Both the position numbers and the translations under genes were made by a program. Below are positions 19,227 through 26,497 of a DNA stretch of 43,012 bases, piece by piece. The notes under the pieces are model-generated. The model saw only the letters and a program-made list of their open reading frames with translations. It did not search any database and was not told the DNA's origin. Source of the stretch: an uncultured Alphaproteobacteria bacterium (GTDB lineage: Bacteria > Electryoneota > RPQS01). Position 1 is the first letter of the stretch; each line of letters begins with the position of its first letter. Location: assembly GCA_964631675.1 (NCBI GenBank), contig CAZVXJ010000002.1, positions 1 to 43,012 of the forward strand. The letters are read 5' to 3'.

Positions 19227-19763
19227 ATGCCAAAGCCACCCAACAGGGACATTTACGGAGTACTTGCCCGGTTGCTGACCTATCCCTCGGAAAACTACGT
19301 CAATCTTGTCAACAGCATTGCATTAGGATGTTCCACTTCAAGAGCAAGCGCCTCGATCGAGCGATTCGCACAAGCCTTTGACCAGAAGAGTCAGGGCGAG
19401 TGCGAGGAGCTCTATACGCAGACCTTTGACCTTTCGCCGCCGTGCACTCCCAACGTCAGTGCGCACCTGTTCGGTGAGGAGAGTTTCAAGCGGGCAGCGC
19501 TCATGGCGAAACTTCGTGAGCATTTTAATCAAGTCGGATTAGACGCTGGCAGCGAGTTGCCCGATCACATTGCAACCTTGCTCAAGTTCATGGAGTTCGG
19601 ACCTGAAGAAATGCGCATAGACATGGATCGTCATGTCATTCGGCCTGCATTGGAGAAAATGTGCGGTATTCTCGGTCGCATCAAGAACCCGTATGCGCAC
19701 TTACTTGAAGCGGCGATAATCATTTTGCGCACCGAATTCGGGAGGGAGATAGCCCATGCTTGA
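19227..19763 (+). CDS. narJ: nitrate reductase molybdenum cofactor assembly chaperone NarJ (TorD family)
   Basis: Motifs are ELYTQTFD, HLFGEE and ELPDHIATLLKFMEF. It sits between narH and narI. Confidence 0.8.
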   Translation: MPKPPNRDIYGVLARLLTYPSENYVNLVNSIALGCSTSRASASIERFAQAFDQKSQGECEELYTQTFDLSPPCTPNVSAHLFGEESFKRAALMAKLREHFNQVGLDAGSELPDHIATLLKFMEFGPEEMRIDMDRHVIRPALEKMCGILGRIKNPYAHLLEAAIIILRTEFGREIAHA

Positions 19764-21072
19764 AATGTTTTTGCTCGTCGGATTGCCTTACCTCGCAATC
19801 ACTGTATGCATTGTCGGCACCGTGTACCGCTTCCGTTCCGATCGCTATCATGTCTCGTCTCTCTCATCGCAGTTTCTCGAGGGGCGCAAACTGCTATGGG
19901 GATCCGCCCCCTGGCATCTGGGTCTGGTCATTCTGTTTACCGGACATCTCGCCGCCTTCATTATGCCTGACTTCTGGCATGACCTGATGACTATCCCTGC
20001 ATTGCTATTTACGGTGGAAGTCATCGGAATTGCAGCGGCTCTGCTTTGCCTGCTTGGGCTGCTGGTTCTACTCTACCGCCGAATCACGACGGACAAACTT
20101 CAGCACGTTACCAAGACTGCCGACATCGTGGTGCTTGTTGTGCTGCTCGTTCAGATTGCACTTGGTCTTGCGACAGCGGTCGGTTACCGCTGGGGAGCGA
20201 TCTGGTCAACCGGCACGCTCTCACCCTATATCTGGAGCATCATCACGTTCCGCCCCGACGTTTCGCTGGTGCGCGATTTGCCGCTGCCCATTCAACTCCA
20301 TTTGACGGGAGCCTGGATTGTGCTGCTTGTCATTCCGTTCTCCCGTCTCATCCACATGTTCTCCGTACCCCTGCAGTACCTGATTCGCTCGCCGCAAATC
20401 GTTATCTGGAACAACTCGCGCAGAACCCGGCATGCCACATCCGCAGCCGTTCAGCAGGAGTCCCGTCGACATTTCGTGAAAGGGGCGGTCGGGCTGGCCG
20501 CAGCCGGAACGCTGCTCAGCGTCGGGGTGCTGGATAAAATGTTTCGCTTCTTTCAAATGCCCGGTCTTCACAAGGACGAGGAAGCCAAACTGCTTGAATC
20601 GCGGCTGAAGAGGCTGCATCTCACCGCCGAAGAAAAGCAGCTTGAACTTGAACGGTTGAGACAGGACGCGATTTTCGTGGCCAAGCTGGAGGATCTCAGC
20701 CCCAATCAAGGAAAGTACTTCATTGATTATGCCATGCGTCCGGCCATTGCTCTTGCAGGTGACGATGGCTGGCCGATGCTGATTTCCGCGAAGTGCACAC
20801 ACCTCGGCTGCACGGTCGGCAATCAAGTGGACAGCAACGGCAAGATACTTTGTCCCTGTCATGTGTCTTACTTTGATGTCAAAACTGGCATGCCCAATCC
20901 GGGTGCACCGGCGAAAGCGCCTCTCGGACGAATCGGTTACATCATTCAAGATGAATCGGGTGCGGAGATTGCCAGCGAATCTCCCCGTGGAACGCGCACC
21001 GGAAGACTGGACCTCGATTTCGCTTCTTCATACTCGGTTTATATCGTCAAGAGTCTCACTCCTGAGGCATGA
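19756..21072 (+). CDS. narI: NarI (nitrate reductase gamma, dihaem cytochrome b) fused to a TM-anchored Rieske [2Fe-2S] domain
   Basis: Residues 1-~222 form five TM helices with His pairs H54-x9-H64 and H182-x17-H200, the same spacing as in E. coli NarI. Then come SRRHFVKG plus a sixth helix, a charged linker, and Rieske boxes CTHLGC (20794-20811) and CPCH (20851-20862). No stop separates the two parts. Confidence 0.85.
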   Translation: MLEMFLLVGLPYLAITVCIVGTVYRFRSDRYHVSSLSSQFLEGRKLLWGSAPWHLGLVILFTGHLAAFIMPDFWHDLMTIPALLFTVEVIGIAAALLCLLGLLVLLYRRITTDKLQHVTKTADIVVLVVLLVQIALGLATAVGYRWGAIWSTGTLSPYIWSIITFRPDVSLVRDLPLPIQLHLTGAWIVLLVIPFSRLIHMFSVPLQYLIRSPQIVIWNNSRRTRHATSAAVQQESRRHFVKGAVGLAAAGTLLSVGVLDKMFRFFQMPGLHKDEEAKLLESRLKRLHLTAEEKQLELERLRQDAIFVAKLEDLSPNQGKYFIDYAMRPAIALAGDDGWPMLISAKCTHLGCTVGNQVDSNGKILCPCHVSYFDVKTGMPNPGAPAKAPLGRIGYIIQDESGAEIASESPRGTRTGRLDLDFASSYSVYIVKSLTPEA

Positions 21073-22175
21073 TGAAAAACTCCACTATCTACAAGCTCAC
21101 AGAATTCCTGGGTACTCGACTGCCGATCGAAACCCTGGATATTCGGCACATCATGACCGAAAAGGAAGTGCCGCTCCATCGTATGAGCTGGGCCTACTAT
21201 CTCGGCGGACTTGCATTTTTCTTCTTCCTGATTCAGGTACTGACCGGATTGATGCTGCTATTCTACTATGAACCGACGGTCAGCGAGGCCCACGAATCCG
21301 TGGAGTACATTACCAACTTTGTGATCATGGGCGGGCTGATTCGCAACATGCATGCGTGGTCCGCCACGTTCATGATTTTCTGTCTTATCGCGCACTTGTT
21401 GACGACGTTTTCCATGAAAGCTTTTTCCAAGCCGCGCGAACTCACCTGGATATCGGGAGTCCTGCTGCTGCTGGTTACGTTTGGATTCGGTTTTACCGGC
21501 TATCTTCTGCCCTGGAACCAGATCGCGGTGAACGCAACCAAGGTCGGCCTGCAATCCATTGAGCAAGTCGGACAGTATCTCCCTGCTGCGTTGTCGAATC
21601 TTGCGGAAGAGATCCGGGTGACAATACAAGGAGAGGCATCCATCGGTCAGGCAACGCTCAGCCGGTTCTTTGCCCTGCATGTTGTGGTGCTGCCTATGGC
21701 CATCATGGGAGTACTCGGCCTGCATTTACTTTCGGTTCAATTGCACGGAATGAGTCCGGGGGTTGAAAAACCGACTAAGAAGGCAGAGCGCTTCTTTCCA
21801 TTTTTTGTCATAAAAGATTTTTCCGAATGGGGAATTGCATTTCTGCTTTTGTTTGTCATCGCGCTTTGCCTCCCATTTGACTCGCTCATGCCATTTCCAC
21901 TTCTCGAACCATTCAATCCTCTGGGTTCAACTCCGGATGGCATCAAGCCCGAGTGGTATTTCTACTTCGTTTACTATCCGATGGAGTTGCTGCCGTTCTG
22001 GATCATCATTGTGGTGATGACCTTGGCAACCATAGGGTTGTTCCTCACTCCATGGATATTCAAGGGTACGAGCCACAAGGTGCTGCGCATTATCGCGAGT
22101 ACGGTGGCGCTTTACTTAACCGTTATGACACTGTTCGGCGAAGCAATCTATCACGCTATCAAGGGAGTCGGGTGA
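21069..22175 (+). CDS. cytochrome b of a Rieske/cyt b complex (b6 plus subunit-IV-like parts in one 368-aa polypeptide)
   Basis: Helix B has H-x13-H (HAWSATFMIFCLIAH). Helix D has H-x14-H (HVVVLPMAIMGVLGLH), the b6-type spacing. GYLLPWNQ is present, and the Qo-site PEWY motif (KPEWYFYF) lies at 21948-21959. The start overlaps the narI-Rieske stop (ATGA). Confidence 0.85.
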   Translation: MMKNSTIYKLTEFLGTRLPIETLDIRHIMTEKEVPLHRMSWAYYLGGLAFFFFLIQVLTGLMLLFYYEPTVSEAHESVEYITNFVIMGGLIRNMHAWSATFMIFCLIAHLLTTFSMKAFSKPRELTWISGVLLLLVTFGFGFTGYLLPWNQIAVNATKVGLQSIEQVGQYLPAALSNLAEEIRVTIQGEASIGQATLSRFFALHVVVLPMAIMGVLGLHLLSVQLHGMSPGVEKPTKKAERFFPFFVIKDFSEWGIAFLLLFVIALCLPFDSLMPFPLLEPFNPLGSTPDGIKPEWYFYFVYYPMELLPFWIIIVVMTLATIGLFLTPWIFKGTSHKVLRIIASTVALYLTVMTLFGEAIYHAIKGVG

Positions 22176-22180
22176 TTGCT

Positions 22181-22765
22181 ATGAAGTGTTCCATTTTGAT
22201 TGCGACGGCTCTGACAATGGTGCCGCATCTGCTGTACGCTTACCCTGAGTTTCAACGGTACTCACAGGAGCGATCTGGGCGGCCGGTGAACTGCGCCATG
22301 TGCCATATCAGTTCCGATGGTCCGGAGGGTTCGGGTCATGGTCAGATAGGAAGTCTGAATGGTGAGGAATTGAACCGCTTGAATCAGGCGCGTGGCGCCT
22401 TCGCACCGGGGCTCGCCGTGCGAAGTCCGATTCTGAATGAATTTGGGAACAATATCGTGCGGGTGATGGGAAAGCAGAAATTCGTTGAGTTGCGGTCCCG
22501 ACCCGCAGAGCTTCCGGCAAACTATGGGTTCAAGAGTGATCTCGATGGTGACGGTATTCCCGATGCTGAGGAATATCTGGATGGTACACAGCCCCTAAAT
22601 CGTTCACACGGGGCTCCCCTGAAGATATTCATGCACAATCTCATCGCCTACCGCTTTCACATCCTTATGATCGCATTGGCCACTGCCTCAGGGTTATATG
22701 GTCTTGCTCATCTGCTGAGAGGCTTTTCAGTCCGCATGGATCAATCCAAGGACGCACAAGCATGA
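22181..22765 (+). CDS. membrane-anchored monohaem c-type cytochrome (candidate cyt c1/f analogue of the module)
   Basis: The ATG at 22181 lies inside the longer track ORF 21953-22765. It has a signal-like N-terminus MKCSILIATALTMV and a single CAMCH (22292-22306). An acidic DLDGDGIPDAEEYLDG loop and a C-terminal TM helix (FHILMIALATASGLYGLAHLL) follow. The stop overlaps the next start (ATGA). Confidence 0.65.
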   Translation: MKCSILIATALTMVPHLLYAYPEFQRYSQERSGRPVNCAMCHISSDGPEGSGHGQIGSLNGEELNRLNQARGAFAPGLAVRSPILNEFGNNIVRVMGKQKFVELRSRPAELPANYGFKSDLDGDGIPDAEEYLDGTQPLNRSHGAPLKIFMHNLIAYRFHILMIALATASGLYGLAHLLRGFSVRMDQSKDAQA

Positions 22766-24279
22766 GCGAACAGGCGAAGGCCACGCGGGTCCTGGTGATG
22801 AACACGCTCGCATTCACCGTATGCTTTGCGTGCTGGATGATGAACGGCGTATTGATCACCCACCTGGTGGACAACGATGTCTTCCAGTGGGACAAAGCAC
22901 AGATGGGCTGGTTGATCGGAATTCCGGTCTTGAGTGGATCGCTTATGAGATTGCCGGTTGGAGTACTCACCGACAAGTATGGCGGGCGAAGCGTGTACAC
23001 CATCCTTATGCTGCTATCGGCCATTCCGATGTACATGATGAGCATGGCTGACACATATTTCGAGTTTTTTTTCGCCAGTCTTGGATTCGGATTGTCCGGT
23101 GCGGCATTCGCGGTGGGAATTGCATATACCTCCGTTTGGTTTCCGAAGCATCGTCAGGGTACAGCTCTGGGTATTTTTGGCGTCGGAAACGCAGGTTCAG
23201 CACTGACGAGCATGGTTGCCCCCATCGTGCTCGTCTCGCTTACGGATCACGGTTCAAATCTTGAGGGCTGGAGAACTCTGCCAAAGTATTATGCCGCCGG
23301 ACTCGTGGTGATGGCTATACTATTTTTCCTCTTGACCTATCCCAAACGTGCGGATCATACGGAAGGAATGACATTAAGACAGCGGCTTGAACCGCTGAAA
23401 TATGTTCGCGTCTGGCGCTTCGGACTTTATTACTTTCTGGTATTCGGTGCCTTCGTCGCGTTGGCACAGTGGCTGATTCCTTACTATGTGAATGTGTATA
23501 CCATGTCGGTCGCTGCGGCCGGTCTGATGGCGTCCATTTTCAGCTTGCCGTCGGGACTGATTAGAGCGCTTGGCGGATGGCTATCCGACCGCTTTGGTGC
23601 GCGCCGAATCATGTATTGGGTACTCGGTTCATGTCTGCTCGGCTGTGCATTGCTATGTGTGCCACGAATGGATATCGAGTCGCCCGGACCCGGCGTTACC
23701 GCCCAGAGAGCAGGAACGGTGATGGCGGTTTCCGATCGTGAGATATTGGTTGATCAGCGGACCTACTCCATTAGGCCGCAGCCTGAATCGTGGCGAGCAA
23801 TGCAGGACTCATCATTTCTGGTTTTTCCCTCGGGAGAGTTCTGGCACAGGCCGGTGGTCAAGGAAGGCGATAAAGTAGTCAAGAAGCAACTGCTGGCGCG
23901 GGGAGTTACGCATCTGTACTTTCAGGCAAACGTTTGGATTTTTACGGCCGTGCTTTTTCTGATTGGGATCATGATGGGGATCGGAAAAGCCGCCGTCTAT
24001 AAACATATTCCGGATTATTACCCGGATCAAGTTGGAGTCGTTGGCGGAATTGTCGGTGTGGTCGGCGGGCTTGGAGGGTTCATCTGTCCAATCATCTTCG
24101 GTTACATGCTGAAGTGGACAGGAATCTGGACGACGCTGTGGATATTCCTGGCAGTGTTGTCATTCATTTGCTTACTCTGGATGCACGTTGTAGTCCAGCG
24201 GATGATGCATCGGCAAACACCTCTCCTTATGCGCCACATTGAGGAGCAGACTCTGCCGCACCAACCCGCCAGAACCTAA
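22762..24279 (+). CDS. narK: NNP-family MFS nitrate/nitrite transporter (NarK1-type) with a ~90-aa loop insertion
   Basis: It has 12 predicted TM helices, LTDKYGGRS, and Gly-rich NNP signatures (GIFGVGNAGSA; GGIVGVVGGLGGF). The insertion is at residues ~301-389, between TM9 and TM10. Confidence 0.8.
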   Translation: MSEQAKATRVLVMNTLAFTVCFACWMMNGVLITHLVDNDVFQWDKAQMGWLIGIPVLSGSLMRLPVGVLTDKYGGRSVYTILMLLSAIPMYMMSMADTYFEFFFASLGFGLSGAAFAVGIAYTSVWFPKHRQGTALGIFGVGNAGSALTSMVAPIVLVSLTDHGSNLEGWRTLPKYYAAGLVVMAILFFLLTYPKRADHTEGMTLRQRLEPLKYVRVWRFGLYYFLVFGAFVALAQWLIPYYVNVYTMSVAAAGLMASIFSLPSGLIRALGGWLSDRFGARRIMYWVLGSCLLGCALLCVPRMDIESPGPGVTAQRAGTVMAVSDREILVDQRTYSIRPQPESWRAMQDSSFLVFPSGEFWHRPVVKEGDKVVKKQLLARGVTHLYFQANVWIFTAVLFLIGIMMGIGKAAVYKHIPDYYPDQVGVVGGIVGVVGGLGGFICPIIFGYMLKWTGIWTTLWIFLAVLSFICLLWMHVVVQRMMHRQTPLLMRHIEEQTLPHQPART

Positions 24280-24289
24280 AGGAGCGCAC

Positions 24290-25855
24290 ATGGCACGCAC
24301 ACTCGATAACTGGGACGTTGAGAATTCCAATTTCTGGGAGACTCACGGAAAGAAAGTCGCGTTCCGCAACCTTTGGATATCGGTTCCGGCCCTGCTCTGC
24401 GGATTTGCGGTCTGGATGTACTGGTCCATTGTAACGACCCGAATGCAGGATCTGGGCATCATGTTTGACCCCGATCCGGGTACGAACAAATCTCTGCTCT
24501 ATACTCTGATGTCAATTTCCGGTTTGACCGGCGCGACACTCCGAATTCCCAATTCATTTTTTGTCGCTCTGAGTGGCGGGCGAACAGCCGTGGCCGTTAC
24601 GACAGCCCTGCTCATACTGCCCGCGCTGGGATTGGGAATTGCTCTGCAGAATCCTGCAACTCCGTATTCCACTTATGTTGTGTTGGCCGCACTCTCGGGA
24701 ATCGGTGGCGGCGCGTTCGCCTCATCCATGTCCAATATCTCGTTCTTCTTTCCCAAACGCATGCAGGGCATGGCGCTCGGTCTGAATGCCGGTCTTGGCA
24801 ATCTGGGTGTCAGCGTCATGCAGGTTATGCTGCCGTTTGCAATGACGTTCGGATTGTTTGGTGCACTTGGTGGAAACCCCAAACCACTGCCCAAGGCGGT
24901 AGCAGGTATGGCAGCTGGCACAAACATCTGGATTCAGAATTGCGGCCTTGTATGGGTTCCGATCCTTGCGGCGCTTGCGGTGCTGGCATGGATGCTGATG
25001 AGCAATCTCGCGATTCACCGGATTGGCCCGGCACTTGTTGCCATCGTGAAGATGCTGTATCTGATTCTGCTCGGTTTTGGAGCGTCTGCCGTAGGATTAT
25101 ACATGCTGCTGCCGCTCAAGATCAACATGTGGCTGGTCCTGCCGGTAACCATCATTCTCACGCTGCTGCTGATTCGGTACATGTCGCCCGGCATGATCCG
25201 AAAAAACCTGGCCGGACAGTTTGTCATTTTTCAGAAGAAGCACAACTGGGTGATGACATGGCTGTATGTCATGACGTTCGGGTCGTTCATCGGGTACTCT
25301 GCGGCGTTTCCCAAATTAATTCAGGATGTATTCGGATACCTGCCGGACGGCTCACCGAATCCCAATGCGCCCAGTCCGTTTGCATACGCGTGGCTCGGCC
25401 CATTGGTGGGTTCACTGGTGCGACCTCTTGGAGGCTGGTTGTCCGACAAGTTTGGCGGCGCGCGGGTCACACAATGGGACACTGTGCTTATGGTGCTTGC
25501 GGCAATTGGTGCGGCGGTGGCCGTCAGGGCAGCAAATTCTTCTGCTACTCCGGAGACTTACTTTTTTCCATTTCTCGTACTCATGCTGCTGCTGTTTGTG
25601 ACGTCCGGCATCGGAAATGGATCCACGTTTCGAATGATTCCGGTCATCTTCGAACCAAAACTTGCAGGTCCGGTACTCGGATGGACTTCGGCCATAGCTG
25701 CATACGGTTCCTTCATCATTCCGAAAGTGTTCGGTGCACAAATCCAATCAGGACACCCGGAATATGCGTTCTTCGGTTTCGCCGTCTATTACGTTACCTG
25801 CCTCGGTGTCAACTGGTGGTTCTATGCGAGGTCCGGGGCAGAGATTCGCTGTTAG
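24290..25855 (+). CDS. narK: NNP-family MFS nitrate/nitrite transporter (E. coli NarK-like, NarK2-type)
   Basis: The ATG at 24290 has AAAGGAG upstream. The N-terminus NWDVENSNFWETHGKKVAFRNLWISVPALLCGFAVWMYWS is colinear with E. coli NarK. Signatures are GLNAGLGNLG and TSGIGNGSTFRMIP. Confidence 0.85.
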   Translation: MARTLDNWDVENSNFWETHGKKVAFRNLWISVPALLCGFAVWMYWSIVTTRMQDLGIMFDPDPGTNKSLLYTLMSISGLTGATLRIPNSFFVALSGGRTAVAVTTALLILPALGLGIALQNPATPYSTYVVLAALSGIGGGAFASSMSNISFFFPKRMQGMALGLNAGLGNLGVSVMQVMLPFAMTFGLFGALGGNPKPLPKAVAGMAAGTNIWIQNCGLVWVPILAALAVLAWMLMSNLAIHRIGPALVAIVKMLYLILLGFGASAVGLYMLLPLKINMWLVLPVTIILTLLLIRYMSPGMIRKNLAGQFVIFQKKHNWVMTWLYVMTFGSFIGYSAAFPKLIQDVFGYLPDGSPNPNAPSPFAYAWLGPLVGSLVRPLGGWLSDKFGGARVTQWDTVLMVLAAIGAAVAVRAANSSATPETYFFPFLVLMLLLFVTSGIGNGSTFRMIPVIFEPKLAGPVLGWTSAIAAYGSFIIPKVFGAQIQSGHPEYAFFGFAVYYVTCLGVNWWFYARSGAEIRC

Positions 25856-25899
25856 TGCCTTCGGCTATGAGTCCACTGTTTGTACGAGAATGAATTTAC

Positions 25900-25921
25900 C
25901 CCCACCTGATTACAGGTGGGG
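25900..25921 (+). terminator. terminator hairpin at the end of the nar operon
   Basis: A perfect 9-bp stem ccccacctg / caggtgggg has a 4-nt loop and lies 45 nt after the stop. It is followed by an A/T-rich attaattca rather than a clean T-run. Confidence 0.55.
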
Positions 25922-26096
25922 ATTAATTCATGCAGTTTTGATGATGAATACTAGAGTAAGAACTGGGAGATTTCCGCAGCGGTTGACGGGTCGTCAGTAC
26001 TTCGCTCGCTTGGGCCGCCTGACTGAACACGTGCATAGTCAAAGCAGGTGAATAATACTGAACCTTGGCTGCGCATGGCTTTACTGTAATATTCGG

Positions 26097-26125
26097 TTGA
26101 CCTCTGCAGGAGAATTGCATATATT
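26097..26125 (+). promoter_or_regulatory. sigma70-like promoter ~370 nt upstream of the giant ORF
   Basis: It reads TTGACC (26097-26102) - 17 nt - TATATT (26120-26125). Confidence 0.4.
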
Positions 26126-26354
26126 ACGGTGGTAGTTCACATTCTAATATGTTAGTTTACGCCGGGCTGTACTTGTAAGTTGGTTAACAAATGGGCACCC
26201 TATGGAGTCCACCCAAATGGCAGCACAAGTTATTCATAACTTGTTGGATAAAATACTCGTGAAGTGGTCATATTTGCATCGGGCGGCAGGTGCAGATCTA
26301 TGTTCATCAGTGCGATTCTTTACCGCTTGTACTCACAAAATCGTGATTTGGAAT

Positions 26355-26378
26355 AGGCCGGTGACTAATCACCGGCCT
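26355..26378 (+). other. strong hairpin in the leader of the giant ORF (terminator/attenuator-like)
   Basis: A perfect 10-bp stem aggccggtga / tcaccggcct has a 4-nt loop and is followed by ctctgattctt. Confidence 0.4.
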
Positions 26379-26497
26379 CTCTGATTCTTAAGGAATGCTG
26401 GCATGGACGCCGTTTGGTGTTTCGAGGAGCGTTAGAGCCCCATATGAGTCAGGCAAAGGCTTAGTGGCCGATTATCAGATTTGAACGGGAGAATCCA

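Noticed and set aside
20221-20949. A 242-aa minus-strand ORF, plus the plus-strand ORFs 20046-20537 and 20030-20305, across the NarI-Rieske junction.
   Set aside because: I checked these in case the fusion was an artefact and another frame carried the real gene. None shows NarI, Rieske or any other motif. The fusion frame alone carries the His pairs, the TM helices and both Rieske boxes.
24940-25893. A 317-aa plus-strand ORF overlapping the second narK gene.
   Set aside because: It is out of frame with a transporter that is colinear with E. coli NarK. Its translation is Arg/Cys/His-rich and not membrane-like.
26202-26384. A 60-aa ORF in the leader of the giant gene.
   Set aside because: It has no RBS and no motif, and its 3' end is occupied by a 10-bp hairpin. 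It is reported only as part of the leader finding, not as a CDS.
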